Part shown: piece after piece, positions 1 to 11,389 of the stretch
Layout: the number at the start of each line of letters is the position of its first letter
Position numbering within the stretch: the stretch's first letter is position 1
Source: Phoronis australis
Lineage: Eukaryota; Animalia; Phoronida
DNA: 45,163 nucleotides
NCBI GenBank assembly: GCA_002633005.1
Contig: NMRA01000833.1
Coordinates: 67,523 to 112,685, forward strand
Direction: 5' to 3'
The notes under the pieces: generated by a model
Seen by the model: the letters and a program-made list of their open reading frames with translations, nothing else
Told to the model about the DNA's origin: nothing
Database searches by the model: none
Position numbers and translations under genes: made by a program

Positions 1-32
1 AATGGATCAACTGAAATTTGAAATTTTCGGAG
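1..32 (+). CDS. Candidate 3' end of an upstream exon of the EGF/CBM14 gene (..MDQLKFEIFG)
   Basis: Open frame ATG GAT CAA CTG AAA TTT GAA ATT TTC GGA G, then GTAACA donor at 33. Phase 1, compatible with the exon at 585 (G+AT=Asp). Too short to assign a domain. Confidence 0.4.
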
Positions 33-584
33 GTAACAACTTCCTTTATCAACAAAAACAGAAATAAAGTAAAATCAAACACAAAATGACAATTGACATA
101 TAAGATATGGTGTAATGAAAATGATACATTTTTGCGTAAAAAATTCAATGACATATTTTAAGTTTTTATGTTCAATCCATGAGGTTCTATTGTAGTCAGT
201 TTGTCTATCCAATATTGTTCTCTTTTAAGTCTGTGAGGGGTACTGGGGTGTTGGAGTTTTTCTATTATTTGTACAGAAAGATCTTGAATATTATGGTTTT
301 TGGAATTGAAATGATTACCTACATTTCTGATACTTTATTTCTGTTTTTGTTGATAAAGGAAGTTGTTACGTCCGAAAATTTCAAATCACTATTATAGTAA
401 TGTTTTAATAGCACAACACTGCTTATATGTTGTTATTATAATTTACACACTACTTTAGATCAAAAATTACGTTTCAACATGTGACCATTAAGTTTAAATA
501 AAAATTTTCTGATTGGATGCAGTTGTAGTGTGAACACACATAAGTTTTCTGTGACTTATCGCCAACACACGTGTGTATTAACAG

Positions 585-707
585 ATATATGGGTTGTTCC
601 GTGCAAGTCGGGAGGAAGGAAATGCCCAGAAAATGGCGTTTGCGACATCACGAGAAAAGAATGCCAGTGTAAAGTGGGTTATGTCAAATACAATGGAAAG
701 TGTGAAA
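585..707 (+). CDS. EGF-like (6-Cys) module exon 1 of a secreted EGF+chitin-binding protein
   Basis: ttaacAG acceptor (583-584) and GTAAGT donor (708). 123 nt, phase 1-1. Encodes DIWVVPCKSGGRKCPENGVCDITRKECQCKVGYVKYNGKCE, pattern C-x6-C-x5-C-x6-C-x-C-x10-C. Confidence 0.88.
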
Positions 708-931
708 GTAAGTGAACACCTCTAACCTGTTGGATTCGATCCAAATGTTTGCCATTGTCACAACAAAATTATGTCAATAGGGTAACACTTTTCCTACCCT
801 ATAGTGAGGATACAGGTGCGTAAAAGTACTTTTAGTTTTCGACTAGGTTCATCAAAAGCTGTTACGCAATTGATATTTGATAATCTTATAATTACTAAAG
901 CCTGTTAAAAAAGATTAAGTATTCGCCGCCC

Positions 932-1205
932 TTAAGGGGAAAGCAACCGTTTTTGATGTGACGTTTAGTAAAGATACAGATTCCCTGTTAGATACATAGT
1001 AGGGCATTATGTGACCTTATTGGAAGTGAATGAAGACCCAAGATGCGGGCTCTTTTGCGGGGCCGCTTACATCACCTTCTATCGTTTCATGGATAACAAA
1101 TACACGCAAAGGAACACTAATTAGCACGGAAAACGTATTTCCTAGATTACCGGGATCTATATTTTTAATAAGACTTAACATCAAAATGGCTGATTTCCCC
1201 TTTAA
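932..1205. mobile_element. MITE with TTAA flanks and imperfect TIRs (Kolobok-like)
   Basis: Left end ttaa-ggggaaagcaaccgtttttga; reverse complement of right end ttaa-aggggaaatcagccattttga. No coding capacity. Confidence 0.5.
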
Positions 1206-2107
1206 AGACACGGACGTTAGAGAATAACCCGTAGTTTTATTGTTTAAAAGGTAGCAAGTACTCGATTATTATTGATGTTGTGTTCGGTGGTAATGGATAG
1301 ATGTCCGATCAAGGAGAAAAACCGTATGCTTGAAGCGGATACATTACTTTGAATTACATATTGCCAGCTTCAAAATACAGATTAGAAACCTTGTTTAGTA
1401 GTGTCGCTAACAATATGTTGCCCGTTTTCCTTTGCGGACATTTACGACTTGTTCACTAGAAGAGCCACCAAACATCCAGCATCTCCCATACAATCTCCAC
1501 ATGCGTGATGTTTAAACATTGTTTGATATAAGTGTGACTGTATTCAAGAATTAAATCCAGCGAGGATTATCATTGGTAGGTGGTAAGTTTTCACTTGAAA
1601 AGGCATCCTGTGAAAATAAATCGAACGCAGGCAAGAGTTCGTTCAACCTTGCAGACTAGTGCGTGTATTTTGTGCGTGTCATACAACAGACTTTTGTTGT
1701 TCTAGAGATCGACTTTTGCGCATCTTTACAGCCTCTTTCATACCTGCACTTGCTGTTGATAACGCCATACACAAGTTCTGTCAGAGCTTCACCAAAATTA
1801 AAAATATGTCCAATCTGAGTAAGAGACAATGTGAGACTGATTTTCGTTACTTTACTGTAGTACATGCAGGTTGCCTAGATCAAAGGTAGGTCTTGGCAAA
1901 AGACGCTTTTTATTGAGGCGTAAACTGCTGGAAGGAGTAAGCCATTTGAAAAAAATACTATGAGGACAGAAATCTTTGGTAGGGTTCAAGTCGTGTTTGT
2001 CATTCCACTCCCGGTTGTTGCAACTAGTTGACAACTTGCATGTGAGCAGCAGCACTGAAAAAGGGGGCCAATAGGTCCCAGCCCCCTGCGGTGCACCGTC
2101 CATAGAC

Positions 2108-2182
2108 CATGGGCGGCGCAGCACTGAAAGAATGAGGAGGTGGGGCTATAGCCACCGAGTCCCCTATAGTTCGCCGTTCATG
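2108..2182. mobile_element. Small MITE-like element
   Basis: Termini catgggcggcg ... cgccgttcatg form an imperfect inverted repeat. GC-rich relative to flanks. Confidence 0.35.
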
Positions 2183-2650
2183 ACTTGGCCACGATCATTA
2201 ATCTCGTCATTCACCAGCGTAAGCCACGTACTGAGCTAGATATCAAGGATTTCTAAATCTATGTTGTCAGAGTTTTGGCGAAGTTGGCAAGACGAATTTG
2301 TGTCTTGGACAAACCTCATTGCCTAAATTTATTTGGGCGCCGACGCATAGTCACTATTGTAAACATCTGGGGAGGTGAACCAAAAGTTGCTTCATGTCTT
2401 TGTAGGATACTGCTAACATGCATGATGAACCATCCTCCAGCAGTACCAGCAGTTGTAATGAAAATGTTCTCATGTAATTGTCCAAGCATGTTTTTTAGAA
2501 GGAGAGGAATTCAGCCATGCATGTATAGATAGATTTCCTTTTAGACTAATGGCAAACACGATTCCTAAAGAGTCAGCAGATAACCTAACTGGTTGAGGTC
2601 ATCGACTGACCTCGGACAGTCGCGGCTGGTAAATCACATGTACATTGCAG

Positions 2651-2773
2651 AGATATCGACTGTTCCGTGTGAATTTGGGGGACGAACATGCCCAGTGAAT
2701 GCAGTTTGCAACACTACGAGCAGAGAATGTCGGTGTTTGATTGGTTACGTGAAAAACAACGGAAAGTGTGAAC
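2651..2773 (+). CDS. EGF-like module exon 2
   Basis: ttgcAG acceptor (2649-2650) and GTAAGT donor (2774). 123 nt, phase 1-1. Encodes ISTVPCEFGGRTCPVNAVCNTTSRECRCLIGYVKNNGKCE, clearly paralogous to 585-707. Confidence 0.88.
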
Positions 2774-5501
2774 GTAAGTCTTTTGAATCATGAACGATCA
2801 TGGTTTCTTACTTTTTATATTCAACTTTTTCAGGGGGTGGGAAATCCATGGACGTGACTCTGAATCGTGGATTCGATTTTCAAATCCAAGTCCCAAACCT
2901 GTGACAAACAAATCTATGGGTACAAACTCCATGCCAACGTTGATGAACTCCACAAACGCAATGGCATTATTGAAAATTTCTTTCAACAAGATACCGTGTG
3001 TGTTATTTCAAGTGTTCCACTCTCATACTATCTACATTGACGCGTTTCAGATGAGTCAATAGTTCCATGCGAGTCCGGTGGATGGAAATGCCCTTCACAA
3101 AAAGTATGCAACACCAAAACGAGGACGTGCGACTGCAAGTCTGGATACGTGATGTACAAGGGCAACTGTGAAGGTAGGTTAGGTCGGGCAACCTGTAGCA
3201 TGGTAAATTATGTGATTTCAGTTAATCTATAGTAGTTCATGCATTTGTACGCGCGTTCCTTCCACAGAAATCGTGTTGAGGAGAAATTTTACCTTTGTGT
3301 ACTTGTCGAAACATGGGCTTCATGTTCATCAAAGTTTTCATTCTCGGTAACGTTTGTAAAGTCGTACATGTACGCACATTGCTGGTGATAGAAATCCCAT
3401 GACCGTGAGGATCTCATAAAAGACAAGAAGTCCAAGTACGAGCTGTTGAGAGAATTTCAAGCTTTGGTCAAACGGATTCGGGAAGCCTTTGTCATACAAC
3501 AATAATTCCCAAAACATCATTTTCTGCCGGAGAAACGATAATGTGCCTTTGAGGTTCGGGTTCCTTGACTCTTCCTTGTTATTCGTGTAAAGGTAATCAT
3601 GTCTACATGTATGTGTGAAACTATTCAGAAATTTAATTCGCCAGAGAGCACGTGACCAACTGCGGAACTAAAGGATCTTCACAAATGCGTGATTAGGTGA
3701 AGAATACGCGTGATAATTTGCGGGCAAAGAGAGTGTGTCAACCGACAGATAAACAACAGTGTAATCTGAATTTTGAAATGGGTTATTTTCGCTCTCCTCG
3801 TTATATTAATGACATTTCAAAATCCAACAGTGCGTAAATTTGTTTGCTTATGCTATTAAAACTATGACTCTATATGTACCTCATCCCTGTTCTACATGTA
3901 CCTCATCCCTGTTCAAAGTTGATGAAGGGTTGTGTCCACACATTTGCATGTTTTCATTTATCTGTATCTATATAAAGGCGAGTTCAGCGGAAATGTTTCA
4001 AGCTTTTTCCATGTGTTATGTTGAGGGCTACGTCATGGTATCCGGCAGTAGTTGTCACTCTGAAAGTAATTCAAACTGATTTAAAACGATACTAAACCCC
4101 GTTTTGACGATTTCAGCAAGTTGTCGTTCTGTCACCTGCTAATGCATCATTGTTGTCAATCTTGAAAGTTAAACGTCGGAATCAACTAAACACTTCCCTG
4201 AAAGGGTTGGTCACGCTTGAACGCTTAGCAGACGTCAAAAAAGTTCTTTCCTCCAAATTTTTAAGGTTTGTCGAAGGTTATAGAACATTGTACTGTCAGG
4301 GAATTGGATGGGAAGGTCGTTTGTAACAATTTCTGTTAACAAGCCGTTTTCGAAAGTACATGTACGTAAGTCACAGTGATTTCTTGACTAGTAGTAATGC
4401 AATTAAAGAAAATTGAGTAATTTTTAATTCATGTACTATTTAATGTACAGTTCTTTTTCAAATTTGCATTTTCTCAAAAAACGTAAAATTGCCTGTCATC
4501 TGCTTTCTTTTGTTACTTCATCTTGCGTTAAAATGTAAGATTCTGCGCACGCATTCATGACGCGCACGCAGTGGAAGTTGTTATGGTCTGACACTTGAAC
4601 GGAATTCAATGCAACGGGTAAGACCGTCAATAATAGCTTATTTTAAGGAAAGTCGTGATGCTGATCGCGGATACACTGATGCTACTGTGAAGAGGCAATA
4701 GGGCTTCTAAATTCATAATAGAGTGGAAACAAAACTCTGTTACCATTGGTTACACAGGACTTCTTGGCCATCCGAGGCACTGTTTGTTAAATTGACCTTA
4801 GTTGTGAAAGTCATAACACTTGGGTAACAGCAAGGAGGCTATCACCCATCATCCCTTTCAACATTAGTTAAAACTGACATATTGGTTAATTCGGTTTTCT
4901 GCATTAATGCATCCAATAGGTTGGAAAACGTAACAACAGCACTGAAACTTTCACCAGTAATGGACAATTCCTTAATATATCAAATCAAGTTTGATTGCTA
5001 TACGTCAGTGGCCCATCACTACTAAGAAGCATTATCTTTACATATTTTCCACACATATTGTATGTCCCTTGCAAGTTTGGAAAAAGCACGTCTTGAATAT
5101 GTAGCTTGCAACATGGCTAGGAGAGATTGTCAATGTTTGGTGGATTATGTAAATTACGACGGAAAAGTGATTTCTATGATCGACTTGCATGAAACAGACG
5201 TTGACGCCACACTATACGCATAAACTAACCCGTTGATTCAAGCCGACAGTAGAGCCCGATTGAAGTTCAACTGCTAATTCTTTTCAACCCCATACATTTC
5301 CTCTAAGTTGACTTCGAGATCATTTTGAAACCAATTCAGTAACCGTACATGTATGTGTTCTTAAAACGTTCGTTTTTTGTGGCAAAAACGGGTTTATATT
5401 CCTTTAAAGCCCCTGGCCACTGAGTTAACAGAATTCTAGATTGTGTCCTGTATTCATAAGACTTGATATTGATATTGATTTATTGATTTCACATTATCAA
5501 G

Positions 5502-5642
5502 ATGTATCAACTGTCCCCTGTTCGACGGGCGGAACAAAGTGTCAAGAAAATGCGGTTTGTGATGTCGAGCTGAAACAGTGTTCGTGTAAGAATGGTTACG
5601 TCGAAACCAATGGAAAATGCATAGAAACAACCCACAGCAAAG
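5502..5642 (+). CDS. EGF-like module exon 3 plus short linker
   Basis: tatcaAG acceptor and GTAAGT donor (5643). 141 nt, phase 1-1. Encodes VSTVPCSTGGTKCQENAVCDVELKQCSCKNGYVETNGKCIETTHSK. Confidence 0.85.
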
Positions 5643-6082
5643 GTAAGTTTCAGTTGACAACGCACTGATAACAGAAAGCAGGTTGTCCTGAGGGTATTAT
5701 CTTGATGTATAATAGTTGGCATTTCCAGTAATAAAAATACAAGTGAAAACATGATTGATGGAAACTGTAGCGTTAACAGCTAACATTAGCAGTGCAGTAG
5801 CAGTAGTAATACTGTTAATGCAAGTTGGAGTAGCGATGGTGGTTAGAGTTATTGTAAAACTAATATGTAATGAGTCAGCGGAGATAGAAATACTAGACGA
5901 AATAATGCGATGATGGAATCGTTTCATTAAGATTACTGACAAAACAATGTTCATACATAGCTAAGTTTAGTCACAAATCGGGTTAGCAAACAATGGATGT
6001 TAAGTACATGTAAAGTGAGGATATTTTTATCAACACAATGGTTTCTGAGCTGTAGTAACCGTCGTTATCGTTTCATTTACAG

Positions 6083-6261
6083 CTTATTGTGAAAGCAACG
6101 GCAGTCGATACACACCGATAAATAAATGCAAAGGATTTCGCCAGGAGTTGGCGGCGTTTGCAGGCGCGTCTGGATCGGGTTGGGAATTTGATTGTCCATT
6201 TCCGTTACTGTTTAATGTTGAAATCTGCGTCTGCGACTGGCCTAATAAAGTAAATTGCTGA
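6083..6261 (+). CDS. Terminal exon: chitin-binding peritrophin-A (CBM14 / chitin-binding type-2) domain
   Basis: tttcatttacAG acceptor, phase 1, in frame with the previous exon. Encodes AYCESNGSRYTPINKCKGFRQELAAFAGASGSGWEFDCPFPLLFNVEICVCDWPNKVNC* with the diagnostic CP..L.FN.....CDWP..V.C motif. Stop TGA at 6259-6261. Not in the ORF track. Confidence 0.88.
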
Positions 6262-7611
6262 TGCTGATGTTTAAAAGAAACAGACATCAGCTATAATAAC
6301 TAAATTGTCACACAGCGAAGTATGTATGACATTCAGATTTTATCATTGGCACTCACTTTTGAACTGTCTGAGCTGTTTATTCCACTAAATCTTAACTAGA
6401 AATAGTGTACATTGTAGATACTGTTTTAGTATAGAAAATACAAATACATAGATTCTTATTGTATAATCTGTCACCGGTGTAATGATCGTAGATTAAGAAT
6501 TGGTATTAGTGCATGTAGGGGTGATGGTAATAATATAATCTGCCTTCGCGTACAGAACAGTTCATCAGTGATATCTTTTTTACTGTGACCCACGCGCTTA
6601 TTACACGCTTGTTGCTGTCATCGCTGCAAACGCTGACGCACATTTCATTTATACCCGGTTCACAAATGTCTAAAACGCCAGCGTTTTGCTAGAATTTTTG
6701 CGAGCAGCAAAATGGGAAAGACCAGAGAGGTACATGTAATGCGCATGGAAAACATGTCCAACGCTTCAAAAGACGGCTATATAAACACAAACATTTTAGA
6801 ATATGGACCCTCTCACTTGCTGTGAAGAAAATATTCTGGAAGTCATCCAAAATTACGCAAACTTATATAATAATTGGACCTTTGATTCCGCTCTGTGCAA
6901 CTGAGGTCCTCGGTAAAAATTCAGGATCCAATATCATATACAAATACGTGGTAAACTTAACTTACTCCAACAACTTATGCGAAGCTGAAGGAAGCGGACC
7001 AGAGCCAGACAGTAATAGTTGACACAGTCCGATCGATGTATACTACAACCCTCCTAACATGAAAAACACCCTTAGTGCACACAACGTGAGTGTGTTTTTA
7101 TTATGCATTGGTCAAAACTTCGATCATTGGAAATTACCAAACTAAAGGAATGTGGAACGTTGAAATGCACCCACGACTGCAACGAAAACGCTGTGCTTCT
7201 AGGGTTGTTTATTAGAAAGTGAGGCAGACTACACACCAAACGCCTGCAAAAATGGAAAGACATCGTCGTCTTCCAAATAGAAAGCTATTTGCTAAATTTC
7301 ATGAAAATCAGTCCCGAATTTGAGGCGAGCATGATAAAAACAATATGCTATTTGGAAGTGAAGAGGTAGTGCAACACTTAGATATTTTCGTAAGTGTTAA
7401 CACAGGAATGCACTTGCCACGCATCCAAAAGATCTTTCAAGAGAGTTAAAGGGACACGAGCGAAGATACAAAAACTCCGCTAGGGGGCACCGGAGAAGTT
7501 GGACCCATCTGACAACCTATGTCAGTCGTCCTCTTGTCAATAGAAATACAATCTGCAATTTCCATAACGATCCCCTGAGCGGTTTGGCGAACCCCTATAA
7601 AGAGGCACATA

Positions 7612-9320
7612 TATGGGCAGCGAAAAGGTTCAAAATAGACACCAGTGCCAAATAAACAAGTGGTTTGACAAACAGACAAGTGGTTTGCTAAATAGACAAG
7701 TGATTCATCAAATAAACAGGTCAAGAATGCTATGGTTTTCCAAACAGACAAGTCAACTTTGCAGATTTTGTCGGATAAAAAAGTGCCTACTGTTGAACAA
7801 ACAAGTAAGTTGGCAAATGATTAAGTAGGTTACCAAACAGACAAGTAACCTTGCAGGCTCAACTTGTCGAACAGACAAGTCATCTGTTAAACGAACAAGA
7901 CAAACACGGCAAACGAACAGAGGGCGCCACTTGAAAACGAATGACGTCACGGAGTNNNNNNNNNNNNNNNNNNNNNNNNNNNNNNNNNNNNNNNNNNNNN
8001 NNNNNNNNNNNNNNNNNNNNNNNNNNNNNNNNNNNNNNNNNNNNNNNNNNNNNNNNNNNNNNNNNNNNNNNNNNNNNNNNNNNNNNNNNNNNNNNNNNNN
8101 NNNNNNNNNNNNNNNNNNNNNNNNNNNNNNNNNNNNNNNNNNNNNNNNNNNNNNNNNNNNNNNNNNNNNNNNNNNNNNNNNNNNNNNNNNNNNNNNNNNN
8201 NNNNNNNNNNNNNNNNNNTCTTCCTTTGTTGACAGTGAAACCGCATTACCGCGTAGTAATCTTGTGTGACGATTCTCTGAGTGTGCAGGGCTAGCCTGGA
8301 CTGAAAGTGAAATATCTCGGCCAAAACTTCATCGATTTTCGTGGGAGAAAAACGCTTGTTTTCAGAATTTTACGAGGAATTTGTTGATGAATCTTTTACA
8401 TGTTATTGAAAAAGGCGAAAATACAAACGCGCGAGTCATATTTCTTCAGGCAGCCCTTAGCGGCTTCACGGGCAATAAAATGTAATCGACCGAATAGATT
8501 CGTCGACCACAGATTTACCCTGTGGTTTTTCCGCTTGATCCCAGACCGCCCCGAGTTGCTCCAGCATCCATCTCGGGGCGGTCTCTCACGAGGGTTTAGC
8601 GTTATGATGTAATAACAAAGTAACAAACCTGATCACACATGATTGTAGATCATAATATTAACGGTTTGACCTCAAATTATGGAATAACGTTTAATTGGCC
8701 GAACCAAGCTTTGAATACCAGTTTACATACGTGGCCGTGAAACAGTTCAATCTACCATTTGGCAGCTTGGTTTAAACAAGCAAACACATCACGATTCCAT
8801 AAATTTATTTAAGAATGGTCGATGGCAAATTGAGAACAGTCCTATGAAAGAAATTCTTCACTGCAACAGACCACCAAAACAAATTTTTGGAATTTTTGTG
8901 CTCATTGCGGGGCTCATGACATCGTGCCGTCAACTATTTCTTGAGTTGGGACAGCGACCTCTGTCCTGTCTGTTCGACTACTACGTCTGTTTGGCAAGAC
9001 CAACATGTTCATTTGACTTGACTAACCTGTCTGATAGAAGTGACTTGTTTGTTCGACAAGTAACCTGTTCGTTCGGCGCAAGTAACCTGTCTGTTCGGCG
9101 CAACTAACTTGTTCGTTCGATAAATAACCTGTCTGTTTGTCGAAAATAAACCAAATAACCTGTCTGTTTGTCAAAATTTAACAAAATAACCTGTCTGTTT
9201 GCCAAAACTGAACCAAATAACCTGTCTGTTTGCCAAAACTGAACCAAATAACCTGTCCGTTTAAAAAGTAACTTGTTTATTTGGCAGTGTTGTCTATTTT
9301 GAACCTTTTCGCTGCCCATA
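7612..9320. mobile_element. Non-autonomous foldback DNA transposon, IS3EU-like
   Basis: TIR tatgggcagcgaaaaggttcaaaatagaca at both ends. Arms of about 320-370 bp built from 22-31 bp sub-repeats (taacctgtctgtttg...). Perfect 6-bp TSD CACATA at 7606-7611 and 9321-9326. TAYGG termini with a 6-bp TSD match IS3EU. Contains the N gap 7956-8218. Confidence 0.8.
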
Positions 9321-10148
9321 CACATAACCCAAAAACAGTAAAATCGCTACCAGGTGAGGTAGAATACATCAAATCCATACCCGGAAATGGAAGGATGCAA
9401 ACGCCATCTTAACGGAAACTTGTTTGCAACATTTCATTGAGACCGTCAAAGAACACTGAATCTACACCTTGCCACTATATGGTAGGCCTATAGCGGTAGA
9501 CAGAACCGTACACAGGTCGTGATAAGCTGTAACCACATCCATAGTGAGCAATTTCACAAAGGTGTGAAATACAGCTGAGGACGGAAATAAGACAAATTCG
9601 CCACCAGGAGACGCCACAGTTGTCACACAAATCCAAAAACTAACGTCAGTCACGTTTTTTCATGAGAAACTCATCTACCAAGTCTTTTAAATAATCCTTC
9701 AAGCACTTCTGTGAATTAAGAAGGGGTACCACAAAAGCAGGATTCAAAGACAAAAATAGAAATAGAAACTATGTGGTCCAAAAACTACATAGAATCCATT
9801 CAGAAATGGAAGAGTGTCATCGTCAAATTTCAAATCTGTACATGTACTGTATATGAACTGGAAAGATACAGAGGCAAACATGAAAAAACAATAACATTGC
9901 CACTAGGGGGCATAGCAATAGTCGGATCCATTTGAATACCGCCGTGGTGCTCGTTTTTAAAGAAAATGATTGGTTAATATTGTACGTTTCGAAAACTCTA
10001 CAAATGTAAAGGCACTTTTCATTGTTCACGGTCTTTATTCCGTTGCGTTCATACTTTCTGAACAAAACTCTACTCTCTACTGAACATANNNNNNNNNNNN
10101 NNNNNNNNNNNNNNNNNNNNNNNNNNNNNNNNNNNNNNNNAAAAGACA

Positions 10149-10186
10149 CACGATATTTCGAAACATACTTGTTTCATTCTCAAGTG
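10149..10186 (-). ncRNA. Minimal type-I hammerhead ribozyme motif in the 3' region of the Penelope-like element
   Basis: Minus strand reads CAC UUGAGAA U GAAAC aaguau GUUUC GAAA U AUC GUG. Features: stem I CAC/GUG, core with U3-A8 variant and 1-nt insertion, 5-bp stem II, GAAA, minimal palindromic stem III, AUC cleavage triplet. Lies about 120 nt downstream of the PLE stop. Confidence 0.65.
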
Positions 10187-11188
10187 AAGATAAAATGACG
10201 CAGTAATGCCACCACAGAGTATAAGCTGACGACACACACAGTGAGACACGGCGGGTGTGAAATACTGCAAAGAATGACTAAAGAATTGGGGTAACAGGAA
10301 AGTCACGCAAACAAGTGTAACGTGCGGCGCGACCCTGTTTGCTGCTCATTCAAAATAGGCTTCTCAAAAGCAATTAAAAGGGACTCTAATACTTTCAAAC
10401 GCAGCACATCTTGCTCCACGTAGCGAATTGACGTGTTTCCACAATTTCTTGACGGGTGATTTTACGTGCGTGGTATTGCAGAAAATGATCTTGAATGGCG
10501 CCATTTTGAAGATGCATGGATAACCGACGGGAAAGACTGCAAACCGTTTGACCAATGTAACATTGTTTGACGTTTGATCGAAGACATTCGTTCATAGGGC
10601 ATACAAATTCATAAACAACACTACACTGTGCAACGGGGCGGACTTTCGCTTTAGAAATGTTATTTTTCATGACCAAGTTGGAGGACTTCCCATTCCGATA
10701 ATAAATAATAACATCAAGGTAATCATCAGGCTTACAAACTTTAACGTTGTCCCTTATGATTTTCTTAATGGCGTGTTCGTCCTGGAGGTAATTATTAGAC
10801 ATGACATTTTTGTAAAATATCTTTTTGGTGACACCAGTCCGACGTGCAGGGACTTCATAGCTAATTCTGGACATAAATCGCTTAATATGGAAATCCACGA
10901 AAGCATTGGTATACCCATTATTCACCAGTGTTTGTCTTATGCGATCTACCTCTTGATTGAACAATAGCCAGTTAGACGACACCGAATACGCCCTCTTTAG
11001 GAAGTTGACCACAACTGCGACCTTATACCGCTCGGGGCACTCACTTTTGGTGTGGAGACAGAAACCTTTATCAGTAGGCTTGTGGTAAACTGATGTAGAA
11101 AATTCAGACGGAGTATGGTTCACAAGAACGTCCAAAAACGGAATCTTGTCGTTTACAGGAAGCTCGTGGGTAAACTTCAATACAGAGT

Positions 11189-11389
11189 GGCGCTCAAGTT
11201 CATCACGTACCGATAACAAGTCATCAAAGGCACAATAAACAAAAATATCATCTACATAACGTACATAGATAGGAATACCACCAATCACNGGCGCTCAAGT
11301 TCATCACGTACTGATAACAAGTCATCAAAGGCACAATAAACAAAAATATCATCTACATAACGTACTTAGATAGGAATACCACCAATCAC
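11189..11389. repeat. 100-bp tandem duplication across a single-N contig join (likely assembly overlap artefact)
   Basis: 11189-11288 is repeated at 11290-11389 with two substitutions, one making a TAA in the RT frame. N at 11289. Confidence 0.85.

Larger units (their letters stand above)
1600..4000 (-). pseudogene. Possible decayed intron-containing CxC4/KDZ-type (HMGXB3-like) transposase relic
   Basis: Frameshifted minus-strand peptides occur in the order expected for this family: TCKC (~3945), AHVSTSTQR|LPDLTYLHSCPC across a GT-AG intron (3292-3193), CCILFVKGISIH, HRFVCHRFG (~2910), TAGTAGGW (~2440), MRRRPN (~2340) and ELVYGVINS.V (~1760). Many stops. Assignment is by eye only. Confidence 0.35.

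Noticed and set aside
797-808. CCCTATAGTGAG, partial reverse T7 promoter
   Set aside because: Only 12 nt match and there is no vector context; consistent with chance.
5697-5954. Hydrophobic Thr/Ile-rich minus-strand ORF
   Set aside because: Product of a degenerate trinucleotide (AGT/AGC/AAT) low-complexity tract in an intron.
7255-7316. Minus-strand peptide GTDFHEI*QIAFYLEDDDVF resembling EF-hand exon 3 (possible copy A exon)
   Set aside because: In-frame stop and no acceptor or DG motif. The gattttcatgaaattt context is typical of non-autonomous TE sequence.
7931-8324. Long ORFs in the track containing X runs
   Set aside because: Artefacts of translating through the N gap.
9058-9262. Regular 22-31 bp repeats resembling a CRISPR array
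   Set aside because: No unique spacers and no cas genes. The repeats are mirrored in the opposite arm of a TSD-flanked eukaryotic transposon.
10190-10305. Possible SECIS / selenocysteine read-through at the PLE TGA (reported for some Naiads)
   Set aside because: The TGA lies after the complete GIY-YIG domain, there is no internal in-frame TGA, and I see no AUGA-AA-GA SECIS core.
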